A DNA stretch of 64,000 nucleotides, taken from NCBI GenBank assembly GCA_964199315.1, contig OZ116699.1, positions 26,908,001 to 26,972,000 on the forward strand, read 5' to 3'. The notes under the pieces are model-generated. The model was not told the origin of the DNA. It made no database searches and saw nothing but the letters and a program-made list of their open reading frames with translations. Shown piece after piece: positions 61,158 to 64,000 of this stretch; position 1 is the stretch's first letter; every line of letters starts with the position of its first letter. Source of the stretch: Orbicella franksi (Eukaryota). The position numbers were made by a program, and so were the translations under genes.

Positions 61158-61640
61158 ATGAAGATGGCAAACCAACAAGATTTAGACAACTGGAGACTGA
61201 AGTCGATAAATGGGAAAGAAAATTACAAGCGGCAAACAAGAGCGGCAAAGGATGGAAACTCTTACAACCCAGAGTCAACTAAGTTAGAGCACTGCGATTT
61301 AACTGGCTCCCGCTATACGAACAGTAAAACAGAAAGGTTTTTACCGTCTATTCACAATAAAAGTCAAGGAGAGCGTCACAGGCCAGGTTCTCCTTTTGGA
61401 GCCGGGAATCGTAAAGGTAGAAGCAAGAGAGTCCTCGAGAAGAAAGCTTCATCAAAAACTACTCAAGTACGGCAGATAATGCCAAGAAGCTTTATGCAGT
61501 TTTGGATGCGATATAAACCTTCTCTCGCGATTCAGTCGTCAAACATTTCCCAAGACATCGATGCGTTATCGATTGAAGTCATTCGACAACACAATGAACC
61601 TTACGTGGTTCTTCCTTCGTTACGAAACGAAAGCAAGTAA
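61158..61640 (+). CDS. Uncharacterised basic, probably disordered protein, about 160 aa
   Basis: ATG at 61158 or 61164 (aagATGG); hydrophilic K/R/S-rich composition; FLPSI and VLPSL motifs. Confidence 0.55.
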   Translation: MKMANQQDLDNWRLKSINGKENYKRQTRAAKDGNSYNPESTKLEHCDLTGSRYTNSKTERFLPSIHNKSQGERHRPGSPFGAGNRKGRSKRVLEKKASSKTTQVRQIMPRSFMQFWMRYKPSLAIQSSNISQDIDALSIEVIRQHNEPYVVLPSLRNESK

Positions 61641-62799
61641 TTGTTTCGTCAGTTCATAGACCAGTCATCCTTCGTTGCGTTTGCGGAGTCGCAAGTGTCA
61701 TTAATGTAATTCATAACAGCTTCGATATACTGTCAGGTGGACAGACGGAACAATCGCAACAGAGGACATTGTTTATACGGGCAAGACAAACTCTGAACAG
61801 ATACGAAAATAACTGCATGGCAAAGAGAAATAATGTTCAAATTGCGTCTGGGGTACTGAAAAGCGTTAGATAGCAGGAAAATTTAGTGACTGACATGGAG
61901 GCGAGGAATTTTGTTAGATTCATTAGCCATTTTGAGTTCTAATTTGCATGGTCAAACGTGAAAAGCGCGCGTGGTAAGCGCGAATCGTGCAAAACACGTT
62001 CAACACGTAACATGCGCGTCGTGTTTCACACGGGATTCTCAAATTTAAACCTTTTCCTCGAAGGTACGTTGATTGAGAGAAAAACTGATTTTGTTGCGCT
62101 GAACCAGCCTTTGCTTTGTCTGTGGTTATTTCAAGGTGCGATTACGCGTTCAACAGAAATGTCAATGAAAAATGGACTAGATGGTACTCAGAAAACTCTC
62201 AACTTAGCACTCTTTTAGCACTCTATGGGATACGGCACAATGCAGAAGAATACCAGCAAGGAATTGTTAAGAGCAGGTCGAAAAAGAGAACACACGATTA
62301 TATTTTTCGGATTTAACTTATGGAGAGATACAAAAGCTGCTCCAATCAAGGACTGGCATCACACAAGGGGGAGAAAAGAGACCACGGAAGAACCAGTTAT
62401 GAGTTATCACTATTTTTAAACAAAGATCCCAAAACTGTATTCAAATGGAAGTACATGTATTGTATTAATTTTTGTCAGCTATTTATAACTCAAAGGAGTC
62501 TTTGCTCTCTGCTAGTTAACTATTAGTATTTTTTTTTCATTTAAAATTGCATCAAAAAGAACAAGGTCTATAGTTAGTTCTTTGCTGGTAAGTCTTCATC
62601 CTTCTTCTTTCCACTAACGGTCGTCACTGGGGAGACGCACGTACGCAATGACCCAAAAAAGGCTGGAAGGACTGACTTATCATTGGATAGGCAATGAATT
62701 TATTCCTTGACATTCAAAAAATTATTTTCATTTCGAGCTGTTGCAAGTACCAACAGCCAATTGTATTCATTTCACTTATAAGTTCTGATCGTCAAGCAA

Positions 62800-63531
62800 C
62801 TAATTGACATCTGAATGGCGGGTTAAAAGGTTTCCTCTCGCCCATGCAAGCTCCCTTTCCACATTTTCAAGGCGCTTCCAAAGTTCCTTGATGTCCTCGC
62901 GCAGTGCTACAATTTTTTGATCATTTGTATTACAGCAAGGTATGAAACTAGCATCAGTATCATCAAAATTGTGCACTTCGTTTTCTAACAAATCCATATC
63001 TTCTGTGTTTGAGTTCACCGCCATTTGGTAGTTCTCCTCAAAATCTTTTGCCAGTTCGGATGCATTTTCATGTATAGTATACAGCTTTGGATAAAAGCCC
63101 ATAACTCTATGCCTCCTGGCTCCGGATTTCACACGCGTGTGTCTGTGAGCGAAACAACCTGCAAGTCGTTTAAGCATTGTGTTTCTGTTGTGCCGTTTCG
63201 GTGAGTTCTTTTCGGATGGCAAGCAGGTATAAGGCTCACTTTCGACCACAAGATCAGTGTTTCTATCATCTTGGCTATCAAACGTTGGTTTCTCTGAGTA
63301 CATGTAGGTCTCGCGGTTTTCCTCGCTCTCTCCGCGTGCGCAATTTGAGAGCGCTTCGTTTTCTTGAGATTTCTTTGCGACAGGTGACAATGGTAGCATA
63401 GCGCGGGCATAGTGTTTCCATAATGCTTCACCCGTTTGATTTTTCTCATTCTCCAACAGCTGCACGCTTCTTCTGTCAAAAGATCGCGCTAAAATAGTCG
63501 TATCGCACTCCAGACGTTTTGAAATCGACAT
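62800..63531 (-). CDS. Uncharacterised protein, 243 aa, with C-terminal coiled coil
   Basis: Long ATG-initiated ORF; heptad pattern IVALREDIKELWKRLENVERELAW; LYTIHE motif. Confidence 0.7.
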   Translation of the reverse strand: MSISKRLECDTTILARSFDRRSVQLLENEKNQTGEALWKHYARAMLPLSPVAKKSQENEALSNCARGESEENRETYMYSEKPTFDSQDDRNTDLVVESEPYTCLPSEKNSPKRHNRNTMLKRLAGCFAHRHTRVKSGARRHRVMGFYPKLYTIHENASELAKDFEENYQMAVNSNTEDMDLLENEVHNFDDTDASFIPCCNTNDQKIVALREDIKELWKRLENVERELAWARGNLLTRHSDVN

Positions 63532-64000
63532 GAACGGATTGGTCCTGGTGTAGACTAGACTCTCTAGTACTAGTTTTAAATCTACAGTCCTTGTATGTCA
63601 GTTCAGCAGAACTGCACTGACGTTGGTGATTACGAGAACATCCAATTTCTCGACGAGGGTTTCGTTCAAACTCATAAACTTACCTCTTAGTGTTATCGAA
63701 GCTTTACCGTGGAATATAGTCCAATATATTTCCGACAGCCCACTGAAAATTATTGTTTGTATATCTTGTATCGTGCCGGTTTCAAAAAACTGAGTTTAGA
63801 GTTACACGCTGGGAAGGCCGAGTCAAACACGGAGTACACAGGCTTTACAAAATATTTAAATGTACATGATAGGAAGTCGTGATAGTGAAAGGCAGCTCTG
63901 ATCTTGGTGACATTTTCCGACACTATTTTCAGGGTGGTAGTTACGTTGAGGACCACAGAACTTTTATCGTCACGACTGTTGATTATACCGCAGTAATAGA

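Overview
AT-rich, intron-containing animal DNA, most likely a scleractinian coral (inferred from gene and repeat content; no database search was possible). (1) Six same-strand genes with single-exon coding regions encode class A GPCRs (9547-10629, 31611-32570, 36582-37574, 42942-43907, 47338-48249, 52315-53229). They form one divergent orphan subfamily with a very short N-terminus, a shortened ECL1 region, no TM3-ECL2 disulfide, no aminergic Asp3.32 and no opsin Lys7.43. (2) Nested inside this cluster on the minus strand are two paralogous three-coding-exon genes that the ORF track shows only as fragments (17344-19363 and 23354-25884). Each encodes a secreted protein of about 180-194 aa made of two tandem six-cysteine domains whose spacing matches the RGM N-terminal (BMP-binding)/neuritin-type module, without the vWD domain or GPI signal of RGMs. 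(3) Two tandem KCTD (T1-type BTB/POZ) genes follow the cluster, then three uncharacterised long ORFs. (4) The spacers hold many non-autonomous mobile elements: several hairpin-capped elements whose tips are stable DNA GNA mini-hairpins, a tRNA-like tandem-plus-inverted insertion with a 13-bp TSD, Kolobok-, Harbinger-, Tc1/mariner- and hAT-like MITEs, an RTE LINE tail and SINE remnants. The two closest GPCR paralogs show a patchwork of homogenised and diverged tracts typical of gene conversion.
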